Part shown: positions 1 to 27,509 of the stretch, piece by piece
How positions within the stretch are numbered: the first letter of the stretch is position 1
Layout: each line of letters starts with the position of its first letter
NCBI GenBank assembly: GCA_012295275.1
Contig: CM022669.1
Coordinates: forward strand, 14,632,001-14,696,000
Source of the DNA: Chrysomallon squamiferum
Taxonomy: Eukaryota; Animalia; Mollusca
Length of the DNA: 64,000 nt
Direction of reading: 5' to 3'
Translations under genes and position numbers: made by a program
The notes under the pieces: model-generated
Database searches by the model: none
What the model was told of the DNA's origin: nothing
The model's input: only the letters and a program-made list of their open reading frames with translations

Positions 1-102
1 GTTGCTTCTGTTTTAGTTAGTATTGTATTATTATCGTTGGTTTGTGTTGTCGCTGTTGTTATTATCGGTGTGGCTGTTGCTGTTGGTATTGTTGTTGACT
101 CA

Positions 103-141
<39 letters not shown>

Positions 142-375
142 TTTTTATTATTATTATTGCTGTTGTTGTATTCAATGAAATAATAAAATAATGCAGAAGT
201 TAAGTACTCGGTACAGGTTCATTTTATTACATTCATCCTGATTAAACAATCATCATTAGCTTTTCATTGACATGGTTGCCATAGCAGCATACAGGATACA
301 TTAACGCGCGTTTTCAAAGCAATAATTTACTTGAATATGTATATTAAACATGTTGAAATGTTTACAGCCTTGAAC

Positions 376-414
<39 letters not shown>

Positions 415-1381
415 GAACTGAAATAATGAATGTATAATAAAATTATATTTCATCATAACCATTTGAGGGTATAAATCGTTCTTTTCGTCTGCAAATAATG
501 CCTATGAAAGAGTAACTACCCTGTCGCAGTTCTGTGGGTTGTTCTTATCGATTACAGAAAAGTACCTTTCCAGCAGAAATCATAGGCAAAAAAAAAAAAA
601 ATATATATATATATAAAAATTAAAATGTGCACAGTGTTTTTTAAAAAGTGTCGTAAAGTCTCAGGATAGCGGGAAGTAACTCCTTTCAGTACGCTAATAA
701 AAACCTACCTTGTGATCCCTTAAATTATATTTCGATTTTTTAACAATAACAACAACAATAAAAATCTATTCTTGGTTCGAAACTTTAAAACGAACTCATG
801 GTGACTACTACAGGAAATATTTAAAAAATTTACTTTGATCGTAAAACGAAATGCAGTTTAGAAATATAAAACCGCAAAGTATGTAATATATATATATAAG
901 TACAGATGTATGCAGTGTAGTTATCATGGAGGTGTACATACTGTTTTAACTACTGTGTTACATCTTCAAAGTGCCTGGATTTGAGGAAATCAGAAGTAAC
1001 TGTTAATACAAAGTCTTATGAAGAATTAAAGGAAAAAAATTGCTGTCACTGAAATAAAGTTTTCTGATCTTTTCTTCTTTTAATAAACAATTTTTGCATT
1101 TCTTCTTCTTCTTTTTTTTTATTTTTTTTATTTTTTTTTTTTTTTTTTTTTGTTGTTGTTGTTGTTTTGGTTCTATTATTATTATTTTTTTAATCTTTTT
1201 TTTTTTGGTATTTAATATTTGGTTATTTTACTTTTTCTAAAACGGATTTGTTTTCAGTTTCATCTCTCATAACGTTTACGTTTATTTTGATTTTAAGGCT
1301 TTTAAAATGTACCGTTTGCGAGATCGATAAGCGGTTATCTTGAAATGATGGTGAAGTTTAAAATAATAATAATAATAATAA

Positions 1382-1424
<43 letters not shown>

Positions 1425-2268
1425 ATACATACATACATAAAGGAATAAATGAATGAATGAATTAATAATAAATTATTATGAAACTTTTTATTATTTTATT
1501 TTTAGCCGCACAATTTAAAAGATAATCTTTATGACATCTCTTAGAGTTGTCGTTGTATCGCCAAACCTCGATGACGTCACATCAGCAGACCTGGACAATA
1601 AATACGACATTTCTGATCAAGTTTATCGACCAAGACTAACAATACAAGGTGCTGTTAAATCAATAATGATAGAAAAGATTACATCTGTTTGTGGGATATC
1701 TCTCTGTGCCTAAAACAAAACAAAATGCGTCATACTGTTTCAGTAGTTTTCATATCTCTGTGTTAACAAGCTGGTGTTTTTGTTTAATTTTACCTTTGGT
1801 CTGCCTCGGATAAGTAAAGTTTCGAATAACACTCGCGGAATTTTATATATTTGGTATAAACCCTTTGCTATAATCGTGTGGACAAAGCTTTCTTTAAAAG
1901 ATTTTGGCAAATCATTAACTTCACTTTGGAATAACCAAAGGTCAGACTGTAGTAAAGGATTATTATTTTGTATTTCCTTTATATATATATACATATACAT
2001 TTATTTTTGTTATTAATATGTGTAATATAATATATATATATATATGTTTTATTCTTGTTATATAGTTTGACCTATATCTGTGTAAACGATATTATAAATT
2101 TCTGTAGCCTTTCGTAAAATCAATATCTTTACAATAAGAAAGAAACGTAAGGGCTTTTCATAATAGAAAGAGTTACTTTAGGGATAGACAAACAAACAAA
2201 GAGACTACACACGTCTTCAGTTGCACAGTGTTATAAAACAGTCGCGAGAAACTGTACAGGAAGAAAAC

Positions 2269-4329
2269 ATGGCCTGCGTGTGCAAAATATCTCAAAGGAA
2301 ATTTGTTCTGTTTATCGCACTGATTTTGATTTATTTGGCGTTAACGATTTTTTTTCAACAACAACGTTATTCTTCACCGCGGTCAGGCAGTATTCCGATT
2401 CCAAAAGAGCAGCGTTCTGGAGGAGTTCTGATAGTAGGGGCGGGCTTGTCGGGAGCGGTGCTGGCTCATCTTCACGCGACTCTTCTGAAAAAGAAAGTTC
2501 TCATAATCGAGAAAAGGGACCACATAGGAGGCAACTGCTACGACTACGTCAATGAACGCGGTATACGAGTTTCGAAGTACGGAGCGCATCTCTTCCACAC
2601 GAAAAACTCTCTCGTCTGGCGCTACCTGTCCCAGTTCTCGAAGTGGATTCCTTACGAACACAGAGTGGTCGCGAAAGTCGACGGAAACTACGTTCCTGTT
2701 CCAGTGAACATAGTCACGGTGAATATGTTATTCAACGAATCGATAAAAAATGCAGAGGAGATGCAACAATGGCTGGAGAAGCATCAGATACGAAACGACC
2801 ATCCAAAGAACGGAGAAGAAGCTGCCAAAGCGCGAGTTGGAGAAGTTCTCTTTGATAAACTGTTCAAAGGTTACACCTACAAGCAGTGGTCGAAGTACCC
2901 AAAAGACTTGGACGCCTCGGTGCTTCAACGCATTCCAGTTCGAGACAATTTCGATGATCGTTATTTTCCCTACGACGACTACCAGGCGTTGCCAGGAGAC
3001 GGGTACACGGCCATGATTTCACAAATGTTGAATCACAGTTTAATCTCCGTCAACCTCAACACAGATTTTGTTAACTTCAAAAATACCAACAGAATTTCGG
3101 TCAAGACATTCAGCAAGACATTTTTTACCGGATCCATCGATTTGTATTTCGCTTCGTCTGGTCTAGAGAAGCTAGAATACAGGTCTATCAACTTTGAAAC
3201 TATTCACCTGGAACAAACGTTTTTCCAGCCAAATGTTGTCGTAAACTACCCAGGGGGACCGGGAAACTTTACAAGAATCGTTGAATACAAACATCTGTAC
3301 AACCGAGACGTCGTGGGTACAACAATAGTCAAAGAATATTCTACCGATTCGGGAGATCCGTACTATCCTGTTCCAACTGAGCGAAACAGAAAGGTGTATT
3401 CGAAATATGCAGCTTTGGCGGAAGAGGAAGAAAAACGAAATAACGTATATTTCGTCGGCCGCCTTGCCAATTACAAATATTTCAATATGGACCAAGCTGT
3501 TCTTAATGCCATACAGCAGTTTAAAAGAGCATATCCCAGTGTTTCGTTTACAAAGGAGCAACTGTTTCCAAAGAGTTTGGCTGACGCTAATGCAATATTT
3601 ACAAGACACGTGAAAGGAAGCGCATCAATCTCTTTTATTACCAGCCACTGCAAAGAAAATTTGCGATGGCTGCATGATGACTTTTTTAAGTTATGCAGCG
3701 AAACTAAAGTTAATATATTTATTTATGAAAAATGTGGAAAGGACCAACAAGGAGCCGAGTTTGCTAAAAACTACCCGAAATGCAACGTCGTTCAGATAAC
3801 ACTTCCCAACGTCGGCAGAGAAGGTCATACCTGGGTGTATCACATGTTAACGAAACAAGCCGAGTTTTCTGACGTAAACGTCTTTCTTCAAGGCGGAAAA
3901 CATGCCGCTACAAGGCAAGTGATGCAAGGTATTGGGCAACTGAAATCGCTGATGAAAGACAGGACAAAATACCTGATTTATTCAGAGAGCAAAATGCTAT
4001 ATCGTCACTATATCACATTCGGTTCAGACGTCTGTTTTGAATTACACCATAACTATCTGGGCTGGAGCAAAGAACAGTTTCACAACTGCACGTGCGAGTA
4101 CTATTATCGCATCACAAAAACGAGGAAGAACTGTTTGAGATTTCGCGTTAATTTCAAAGGTGAGTTCTTGGTGACTGGTGTGTTGCTGCATCGCAAGCTG
4201 GCAGAATACAGAAGCCTGCTCATGACGTGGTACTCAGATCTGTCCTTTAAGAATAACCCTGAACAGGGTCACCTTGTAGAGAGGATGTGGAATTTATTTT
4301 TTAGGTACCCAGCAAATGTCCAGTGTTGA
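2269..4329 (+). CDS. glf: Membrane-anchored UDP-galactopyranose mutase (bacterial-type Glf/UGM) fused to a C-terminal DUF3431-like domain; coding region intronless
   Basis: Uninterrupted ORF with first ATG at 2269 (the track's start at 2221 is a TTG directly after the acceptor-like tcttcag). N-terminal RK-FVLFIALILIYLALTIFF signal anchor. UGM motifs in order: GAGLSG (FAD), GGNCYD, YGAHLFHT, YEHRV, YTYKQW, RIPVR, YQALP..GYT, TRIVEYKH, EY, DPYYP, GRLANYKYFNMDQ. The C-terminal ~240 aa carry ENLRWL, IYEK, LPNVGREGHTW..H, VFLQG and GHLVERMW, recalled as DUF3431-type motifs. Confidence 0.9.
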   Translation: MACVCKISQRKFVLFIALILIYLALTIFFQQQRYSSPRSGSIPIPKEQRSGGVLIVGAGLSGAVLAHLHATLLKKKVLIIEKRDHIGGNCYDYVNERGIRVSKYGAHLFHTKNSLVWRYLSQFSKWIPYEHRVVAKVDGNYVPVPVNIVTVNMLFNESIKNAEEMQQWLEKHQIRNDHPKNGEEAAKARVGEVLFDKLFKGYTYKQWSKYPKDLDASVLQRIPVRDNFDDRYFPYDDYQALPGDGYTAMISQMLNHSLISVNLNTDFVNFKNTNRISVKTFSKTFFTGSIDLYFASSGLEKLEYRSINFETIHLEQTFFQPNVVVNYPGGPGNFTRIVEYKHLYNRDVVGTTIVKEYSTDSGDPYYPVPTERNRKVYSKYAALAEEEEKRNNVYFVGRLANYKYFNMDQAVLNAIQQFKRAYPSVSFTKEQLFPKSLADANAIFTRHVKGSASISFITSHCKENLRWLHDDFFKLCSETKVNIFIYEKCGKDQQGAEFAKNYPKCNVVQITLPNVGREGHTWVYHMLTKQAEFSDVNVFLQGGKHAATRQVMQGIGQLKSLMKDRTKYLIYSESKMLYRHYITFGSDVCFELHHNYLGWSKEQFHNCTCEYYYRITKTRKNCLRFRVNFKGEFLVTGVLLHRKLAEYRSLLMTWYSDLSFKNNPEQGHLVERMWNLFFRYPANVQC

Positions 4330-5191
4330 AATCTCAAATGTCTGTTCGTAAATATCGAATATTTTAACGATACATTCAAACACAGCTTTTCATTCAGTTT
4401 TCATCAGACATTTATTCTGTCTCTCTCTAACTTTTATTTATTTATTTATATTTATATTTTTTATTTTTTATTTTTTTTAATTAATTAATTAATTTATTTG
4501 TTAGTGTTTTTATTTTCTATATTATTGTACTGTTTTCGGTAGAACTGTTATCAACTTCATCAGCAAAACAAAAAATCCTCACTTATAAACTTAAAAAGAG
4601 AAAGAGACAAAGAAAGAAAGAAAGAGGGAGGGTGGGAGGGAGAGAGATTGAAAGGAATAACCTTCTGATTTTGCCTGAATCACTAAAATAAAATTCATTT
4701 GGAAACGGTAACATTTTCAGAGGCCGAATCGCTAAACATTTTATCACGTTTTGGACATATTCACAAGCGTACTGGCCTCTTCTTTTTATCTGAAAAACCA
4801 ATTCGCTTACTTAGTCTTTCTCTCTGTCTGTCTGCCTATCTGTCTTAACCATCCATTCATCTATCCGTCCTTCCGTCCGTCCATCTATCTATCTGTCTGT
4901 CTGTCTGTCTGTCTGTCTGACTGTCTGTTTCTATATCTGTACGTTTGACTATCTCGGATAATAGCAACACTTAGGCCTGCATTTTATCTTCTGCAAATCA
5001 AAAAGCTTTACCCAGTAACTATGAAGGGTTCTCGCTGCAGTTTACATATCAGTGAAATTTCCTGGCAAAAGCAGAGGAAATTATTCACGTCTGTCTCTTT
5101 ATCAGTCAACATTAGACGCATTTTCTTTCACACAAAAAGGCAATCACAAGCAAATAAATAGAAGCATGAATTTTACTGATATAAGTCAACA

Positions 5192-5242
<51 letters not shown>

Positions 5243-6083
5243 GAAATCAAATGGATCTAACAAACTAAACACTTTGTTTTGTCAGACTTTCCTGTTGGAC
5301 GGGAAGAGTATTTTTCAAACGGAAACTTAAATAATCAAATCTATATCTATATATCTATATATATATATATATATATATAAATTCTTCTGGAAGCTGTTTG
5401 AACGAATAGTTGTAAGACAATCTGTACATTAAATACGTTGTTTAATGCGTATTATTATTATTATTATTATCATCATCATCATCATCATCGTCATCGTCAT
5501 CATCAACAACATTATTATTATTATTATCGTCCACAGGTAGAAAAATTTCAAACTTAAAATCTGAGAGCGTATCGTGAAATGAAATTTAAATGTAAAGAAT
5601 AAATTTCACTGCGCGCAGAATGTTCGATTTCGGAACAAAAGTTCGGAATGGACTGTTATTTCTTACAAGAAGGACCATACTTCGAATAAATATTAATTTT
5701 ATCTTTCAGATAAAATTAAAATCAAAATGACACAACTGACAAAAAGAAATTTAGTAAAAAAAAAAAAAAAAAAATCATTTCGATTCGGTAGACAGAAAAT
5801 GTTTTCATTAACAGGTGATTCATTTTGATTCTGGGGGTTGTTTTTTTTTTTTTTTTTTTTTGAGATATGAAATTACAGGATACTTTTACAAATATACAGC
5901 TGTACAAATAGCTAGTGGTAAACTTTTTTTTTTTTTCATAACAAATAAAACTGTGGATGACAGAAGGGAGAGAACAATAACTTATTTGAAAGAGCAGCGT
6001 CAACAGCTGATGTAATGTGTAATGTAATACACACACACAGACAGACAGACACGCATGCAAACTGAAAGTGGGATGGGTGTTTA

Positions 6084-6116
<33 letters not shown>

Positions 6117-6264
6117 ATTAAAACCTTGTATCTAATAATAGTTTTATGTCATTTGTTGTTGTTGTTTTGTTGTTGTTGTTTTTTATATGGAAATATGGCG
6201 TCGTTCAATTTTTTTTTTCTTATACTTCATCATTATCTAAGACTGATCGAGAAAAAAAAAAAAG

Positions 6265-6296
<32 letters not shown>

Positions 6297-6417
6297 AAAA
6301 AGAGAAAAATAAGTTGGAAGTTTGCTAAATTTATTAATCTTAGATTATTTCTTTGTTTCATCTTCTTTTCTTTCTTTCAATTTCTTTTTTTTTTTTTTCC
6401 TTTCAAAAAACTGAAAC

Positions 6418-6595
<178 letters not shown>

Positions 6596-7362
6596 AAAAG
6601 CCATATTCGTCCCGCTGAGGAATGCGACCCTGTATTATAACAAGGCCTCGTCCTGTCATCTGACAATCACCACCGATTAGCCCGAAATACGACACTGTTA
6701 GACGGGTTGGACCCGTGTTTTCCTCGACGCGGGTCGTGCTAGCATCCTACCTATACCGTTACTCTATACACATCTATCTTACCGGTCACTGTTTTTTTTT
6801 TTTTTTTTTTTAAAAAGATCTCGAAACGCGATATATATACTTTCACTCTCAACCTGTCCCAAGGGTCAAAGGTCACGGCGGATCTCTCTCTTTTTTTTTT
6901 TTTTTTTTTTCCTTTTCTCGTCACAGTGGTTCGATGACATTCTTAAGATGGCAGAGGGTGTTGTTTATGATTCGAACAATTTGCACTCAGCGTTTGGTCT
7001 GCGGTTCAGTATCCAGTCGCTTAACGACGTTCTGTTTCAGAAGATAGCAAAGACACGGCGTTAAATCAGTTAAAAAACAGAAAAGACATATCAACAACAA
7101 CGACGAAACAAATAAGTAAGAAAACGAGATTGTTTTGGGTTTTTTTTTGTTGTTGTTGGGGGTTTTTTTAAAAAGAGGAAAGAGAAAAATGTAAAAAAAA
7201 AATTTAAAAAAAAAAAGAAGAAAAAAAAGGTTTAAGGTTTAAACATGAGTTGAACATCCTTGTATTTGCTGGAGATATTGATTTGTTAACGAAGTTAGAG
7301 GATTTCGCTTGGATGGCTTTCAATATGTGTTCACTGGAATAACTACAGACGTGATTGTTTTC

Positions 7363-20237
<12,875 letters not shown>

Positions 20238-20719
20238 CGTAAACTGTCCTTGCTCTTCTGTGAAAGGAAAATCTAAAACGAGACACCATTTGTTTCAGAC
20301 ATTTTATCAAGAACCACAATTATGTCGATTGTTTCCCACATACTGTTGCCAAAACTGATAATTTGTGTTAATAAAAGATCAGCACTCAAAAAACAAATTA
20401 AGAAAAAGAAAGAAAGAAAAAGAAAAGAAAATAGGAAAAAAGAAAGAAAGAAAAGAAGAAGAAGAAGAAAAGTTTTATAATTATGAATGGGACGAAAGTA
20501 AATAACTTCAGTGTGTTTTATAAAGAGCTCTTCAACGCGAGGTAAAAAGACCCGATTTGGAATGAAGCAGTATTTTACCGTTTAAAAAATGGTTTTGTGT
20601 TCTTAAAGCAATTTGCTTCGATTGCACCATAATTTATTATAGATATATAAAACAGTAATAATAATAAAAATATAAATAAGTAAATAAAATAAGAATGAAG
20701 AAGAAGAAAACGTATTTTT

Positions 20720-20802
<83 letters not shown>

Positions 20803-21151
20803 GCATTTATTAAAAAATTATTCCTCTGTTTCAGTTTCATAAAGGTTATTTGTAATTGTGCATAAAATTACAAGTACAGTTTTAAAAAAACAGCAACAAC
20901 AATAATTCTAAATTAATGTATAACTGCGTGAAAAAGAATTTCTGTCGTTGAATATTACAGAAAACTGAATGTATTTTTGGGAATATGGGTGTAAAACAAT
21001 GTAAGTAAAGATTTATAAATCTGCAAAACTATAAAGAGTTATCTCCCCTACTATAATTTTGTTATTTATTGTTCTGAAAAACGGGGTAACAATAAAAATA
21101 ATCTAATTCTTTTATCTAACTGTTTAATTATTTTTATTGTTGTTGTTGTTA

Positions 21152-21209
<58 letters not shown>

Positions 21210-21737
21210 CATGAAATGATAATAAATGCAATGTCAAATTATTTCTTATTATTAACCACTGTTTTCACTTACTCTCACTATTTCAACGAAAACAGCATTT
21301 CTTTACAATGGAGATTTATTCTTTAAAATTAGAAGAATTGTTGATCAGTTATGTATGCAGTATTTCAACGTAGTCCCTGTTTAGCTATGTAATACTCTGA
21401 GTATGCAATGTCTCTGTGTAAGTGCCTCCCTTGATGCAATGTCATTTTCTATTTAATTAGATGATTGTTACAGTTATTAGTGTTATTATGAAAAGTGGCC
21501 GCTGGCGGTCGTTTTGAAGGAGTGGTTGTTGTTGTAACGTGCGTGACTTCAGTCACGACAACATTAAACAGTATATATTTACAACTTTTAAATATGCGAA
21601 GTCTCCTTACGATTTAGACAGAGATGTATTTATATATATATTTTTAAAATATAATTATAATTGGCATGAGTGTATAGATTCTGTATTTAAATATTAATTG
21701 TGTATCATGTATGTAATAGTTGATATATGTTATGTGT

Positions 21738-22032
<295 letters not shown>

Positions 22033-22763
22033 GTGTTTGTGAGTTCATGTATACGTGTGTGCTCTCTAGTGTTTGGGTAAACAACAAAATAAATAAATAC
22101 ATAAATAAATAAAAATAAATTTAATAATAACAATAACACTGACAACGTCAACAACAACAACAGTAACAGTAGCAAAGAAATTACAACAACAACAGCAATA
22201 ACGACAGTAGTAAAGGTACTGGTATCATCTGTGGTAATAGTAATTACTAATAGTAGTGGGTACTAGTAACGTTTTAGTTGCAAAATAGTATAAGAAAAGA
22301 TAGCAGTAGTAGCGGAGTAGTAGCAGTGGTGATAGTAGTAGTAGTAGTAGTAGTAGTAGCAGTAGTATTTGTGCTAGTAATGGTAACTCTAATAGTGGTA
22401 ATGGTAAAATAGTATTAATAATAGTAATAATAATCATAGTAATAATGAAAGCGCTGATAAAAAAATAAAATAAAATGTAAAATATTAGTGGTCACGTTAC
22501 TCTGTAGCTATAACTTTTTTCTAGTCAGTGTATTACTTCGGTATCACGAAGTCGTGACTAATTCACGACGGCATCAGCTGTTTGAAGACTGCGCGAAATG
22601 TATTTTTGCTAATCAAAGAAAGAGAAGTTATCTCTTCATCGGCAAACAATGTCGAGAGACAGTTTTGAAATGACACACATAGAGTTTATTTATAGACTTG
22701 TCATTGACATGATTGTAAAATTGAAAACATCAGTCTGCTACCTGCTACTGTTTCCTGTATTAT

Positions 22764-22794
<31 letters not shown>

Positions 22795-22848
22795 GCACAT
22801 ATATATAAACACACACACACACACAAACACATATATATACAAACACAC

Positions 22849-22879
<31 letters not shown>

Positions 22880-22914
22880 AATATATATATATATATATAA
22901 ACACACGCTCACAC

Positions 22915-22964
<50 letters not shown>

Positions 22965-23335
22965 ACACGCTCACACATACACACACATATATATACATAC
23001 ATACATACACCTACGCACACGGACGCACACGCACATACATACAGATAAGGAAGGATCGAAATTTAAGAAAATGCAGTTGATGGGGGAAAGAAAAAGAAAA
23101 AAAAAAGAAAAAGAAAAGAAGAATGAAAAAGAAAGAAAGAAAAGAAAGGAAGAAAAAAGATGAATAGGATTGTTATAGCGGGTTCTGCTACTCCTGAATC
23201 TATACATGGTAAAACTATTATTTGGTTTTCTATAAATTATTATAATTCTGTTATTAAATAATTTTGCTGAAATGATATTATTGAAAAAGCAAAAATAATG
23301 AATAAATAAATAAACAAATATATATATATAAACAT

Positions 23336-23370
<35 letters not shown>

Positions 23371-23982
23371 TAAATATACATAATTACATATATACATACG
23401 TACGTACGTACATACATTCATACACTAACTGTATCATCACTGACAATGAAAATGATCAAATCGATTGTTTTTGTAACAGATTGCAAACAAAACTGTAAAA
23501 TATAGTTTATCTTTCAACGAAAACATCTAAGGAAAATACTTTAATATCTAAGAGAAATAACCTTTTGTAGTTTTCATCTGAAGTTGTAAAGTTTTCTTTA
23601 ATAACACATTTGAAATGGAAATCAGAGTCATGAAAGTTCAGATAAACAGTTAAATATTTTAACAACCGAGAGCCACAGAATGATAAAATGAAAGATTAAA
23701 ATGAAATGATTTGTAGTTGTTTTTGTCTGTGAAAGACACTTCCGAAACATATTTTAATCTTTAGACAAAAACAAAAAAAAACAAAAAAACTATAAACACA
23801 CGCACAAGTACACACACACGTACCTATTTATACGCTGACGTACATATGTATAAACACGTACGTAGATATATACATAAATACATTCAAAATAAATAAATAA
23901 ATAAATAAATAAATAAATACACAAAAATATACAACCAAAAGACAGCCAAAAAAAAAAAAAAATAAAATAAAAAAAATGAAAC

Positions 23983-24014
<32 letters not shown>

Positions 24015-24654
24015 AAAAAAAAAAAATAAAAAACAATAAAAAAATAAAAAATAAAAATACAAAACCAACGAAAACAACAAACAAAAAAAAAAATTGTAGC
24101 TGTTTCATACCAGTTTCGGGATCGAAATAAGGGTAAAATCAAAGGTAATAAAAATAAAGAAAAAAAAAAAAAAAAAAAAGGAGTGCTGACGTCATAAAAG
24201 TGTACTAGGAGCAGAGAGGTGTGAAAGGTAAAACAGAAAATCAAAGAGGAAGCTATTTCCGCAGATCAAACAAATATTAAATTATTATTATTATTATCTT
24301 TGTTTTGCACTAACTACAAAGAGACAGTTTAAGAACCAAGCCCAAGTCACAATCTATTATCGCACTGACAGAACAGACACCGAAACAGTTTATCTAAACA
24401 ATACGTAATTCATTATTGTGTTGCAAAGAAAACACTCGACCATGTTCCCCTAAATCTTCTGATGCCCTGGAAAGGGGTTGTAAGATTCTTTTCTGTCCTT
24501 AACTGATCTTGTTTGTAATAAAACAATGAATTCTTTTAAATGCGTCTGGTAAGTATAATGATAAGAAAACGATTTATTATTATTATTATTATTATTATGG
24601 TTGTTGTTGTTGTTCTTCTTATTATTATTATTAGTAGTAGTAACAGTAATAGTC

Positions 24655-24690
<36 letters not shown>

Positions 24691-24720
24691 TCATTATTTG
24701 TATTTGTATTATTATTATTA

Positions 24721-24775
<55 letters not shown>

Positions 24776-25576
24776 TGTTATTATTATTTTACCTTTAGAA
24801 TTTTATATATTTTATCGATTATCGATTATTGTTATTTAAAAAACTGCCGATTCAGATACTCTGATAAAGACTTAAAACCGCCCTCACAAAGTATTTCAAG
24901 TATTTGTTTACAATTTGCTTGCGACAAGACTATCTTTACTTGTCACACCTGAAAATGATGCAGTTTTAAAAATAATTTCGAGATTTTTCTTTCTATACTC
25001 ATATACCTTTATAATTTGGAGAACGTTAGTTAAAAGACAGCTAACAAGATATATATATATATTATTGTTTTGAAATCAAAATATGCTCCCGAAAATTGCG
25101 TTTCATTTTCGTTAACATTCATTATATTTTTATTCGCTTTTATTGTTTTCGTAAGAGGAGACAGTTTTGTCTTTCTCTGGACATCTGGAATCGACGGAAT
25201 GTGAAAAATATATTAAACCTCATTCCGTGATTACTAGAAACCCAAATATGTCACATATTATTAACTTGTTTTAACTGAACGAATGTCTGTGAAACCATAT
25301 TAATAGTCTAATAAATGTATTATTATTATTATTATTTTTTTTTTTAAAGAAGATATATATGCGAAATTGCCTAATCTCAATTTTCAATTTTCTTTATCAA
25401 AAAGATTTCAGAAACTGAGCCTATAAACAAAAAAAAAAATAAAAATAAAAACTATTATCTAGATTAAATTCTAAGCATATAAACAAATGATAGAATTTAT
25501 ATATTGCATGAAGATGTTAAAATTTTTTTTTTTTAAATTATAATAATAATAATCATAATCATAATCATAAAATATG

Positions 25577-25611
<35 letters not shown>

Positions 25612-27140
25612 ACAAAAATCACAAATAATAATAATAAAATAATATAAAATAGAATAAAATATAATTAAAAGAATTTTATGTTAATAATAAAATACAATTA
25701 AAATAAATAATAAAATGAAATAAAATCACGCAGCTTTTTTGCATTTTAATAATAATAATAATAATAATAATTCTTGAATTCACGCACGTACACACATATC
25801 ACGCAGTACGCTAAAACCTGGGGCTATGTTCCAGAAACTGCTAACTGTAACTATTCTCTCCTTGATGAAATTTTTATGTTTCCGAAGACATGTTTATGAA
25901 CGTCGTTAGCCGGTGGTGTCGTAGTATAAACTAGAAAGCAACTATGATATATAATAACACCTTAAACAAAGATGAATATCCTTTGTATATATATATATAC
26001 ATACATACATATATATATATAACTGAAAGAACTATTTTCTAATACACTTATTTTGCTTATATTTTGGATTTGAATAAATTATTAAGCAAATAAATAAACA
26101 AATAATACACAGCAGCAACAATGAATTAATTAATTAAATGAATTTATGTAATAAATAAATAAATAAATTAATTAATTAATTAATGGAGAATTAAAGACTT
26201 AATCAACAAAATGAAGATATCGCTAGTTTGAAAATTCTTCCCATTTATATATACTTTTATCACCAAATGCCTTCAGTGTAACATAACAATATACTAAAAA
26301 TGAGATACTAACAGAGATTAAAACTAAAACGTATTTTTATATTTTTTTTCTTCCAGCTATACTGTTAAACCTAAGTATTAAAAGTTTTTATAACTTTCAC
26401 ATATCACGTATATTGTTGTGCTTCGTGGTCACGTTTATTGTTACTGTACATAAACAATCAATTATTTATGCAGTTTGTGTTTTGCAACGTCAAAGTACAG
26501 CAAAGAGATAATAATATATTTATATAAATTGTCATCACGTTTCCGAAGCGGGTTTCCTCTTCTTTCTTTTTTTTCCATTACCTATGATGTTTTAGGTATA
26601 TATCAGATGATACTAAGAAAGAGTCTAATTATATTCAGCGTACTTTCTTGTTTTATTTTTCTATTTCGTATAAAAAGAAAAATCTGTACTTTAAAAAGAC
26701 TGGGCCCCGCCATTTTTCTATACTTCTGACGTCATTGCTCTGTTGTCAGATAAAAATACATCTATCAGACCATGTACGCGATGACGTCACAGTTCCAGTT
26801 GTCAGGGCTGAATTTTTAAGGGAGCAAAATGGGCAATTGTCCCTCCCAAAAGAAGAAGAAGAAAAAAAAAAATTATAAAATTAGATTTATTATTAAAAAT
26901 AATTTACCGAATTTTGCAGTATTGGAAGAGAAAAAAAAAAAAAATAATAATAATAAATAGTAAATAAATAAATAAAATGAAATAAAATAAAATAAAATAA
27001 AAATAGGAAGTGAAAACTAAACAATTTAAAGAAATGAAACTGAGGTAAATAAAATCAGATACATTCTTCGGAACATTCTATATTTTTATTTTTATTTTTA
27101 TTTTTTTCAAAGAAATGGGATTTATCATTCATTTTAGTTC

Positions 27141-27179
<39 letters not shown>

Positions 27180-27465
27180 TGTCATGTAATTTAATTTCTG
27201 TGTCAAGGGGCTTTGAACATCAAGGTCTAAATCCCGCCAAGTCAGGTGCGAAAGGGTAAAATGGCGGCATTCAAATGTTTCTAAAATTATTATTTTAATG
27301 TCTTCCCTCGTTATGAGTGATAATTTGTCATCCAAAACATTAAAATAATAACTTGGAAGCATAAAGAATTTTGTAAGACCATTTATTCGTACGGCCAAAT
27401 AAATAATTTGTGAGTATCATGGAATGAAATAAAATGCAATACGTTTTATATTATTATCATTATTA

Positions 27466-27509
<44 letters not shown>

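Noticed and set aside
2221-2268. 16-residue N-terminal extension of the glf ORF from a TTG start
   Set aside because: The context is eukaryotic; the TTG lies right after an acceptor-like AG, and ATG 2269 has a good context (AACATGG) just before the signal anchor.
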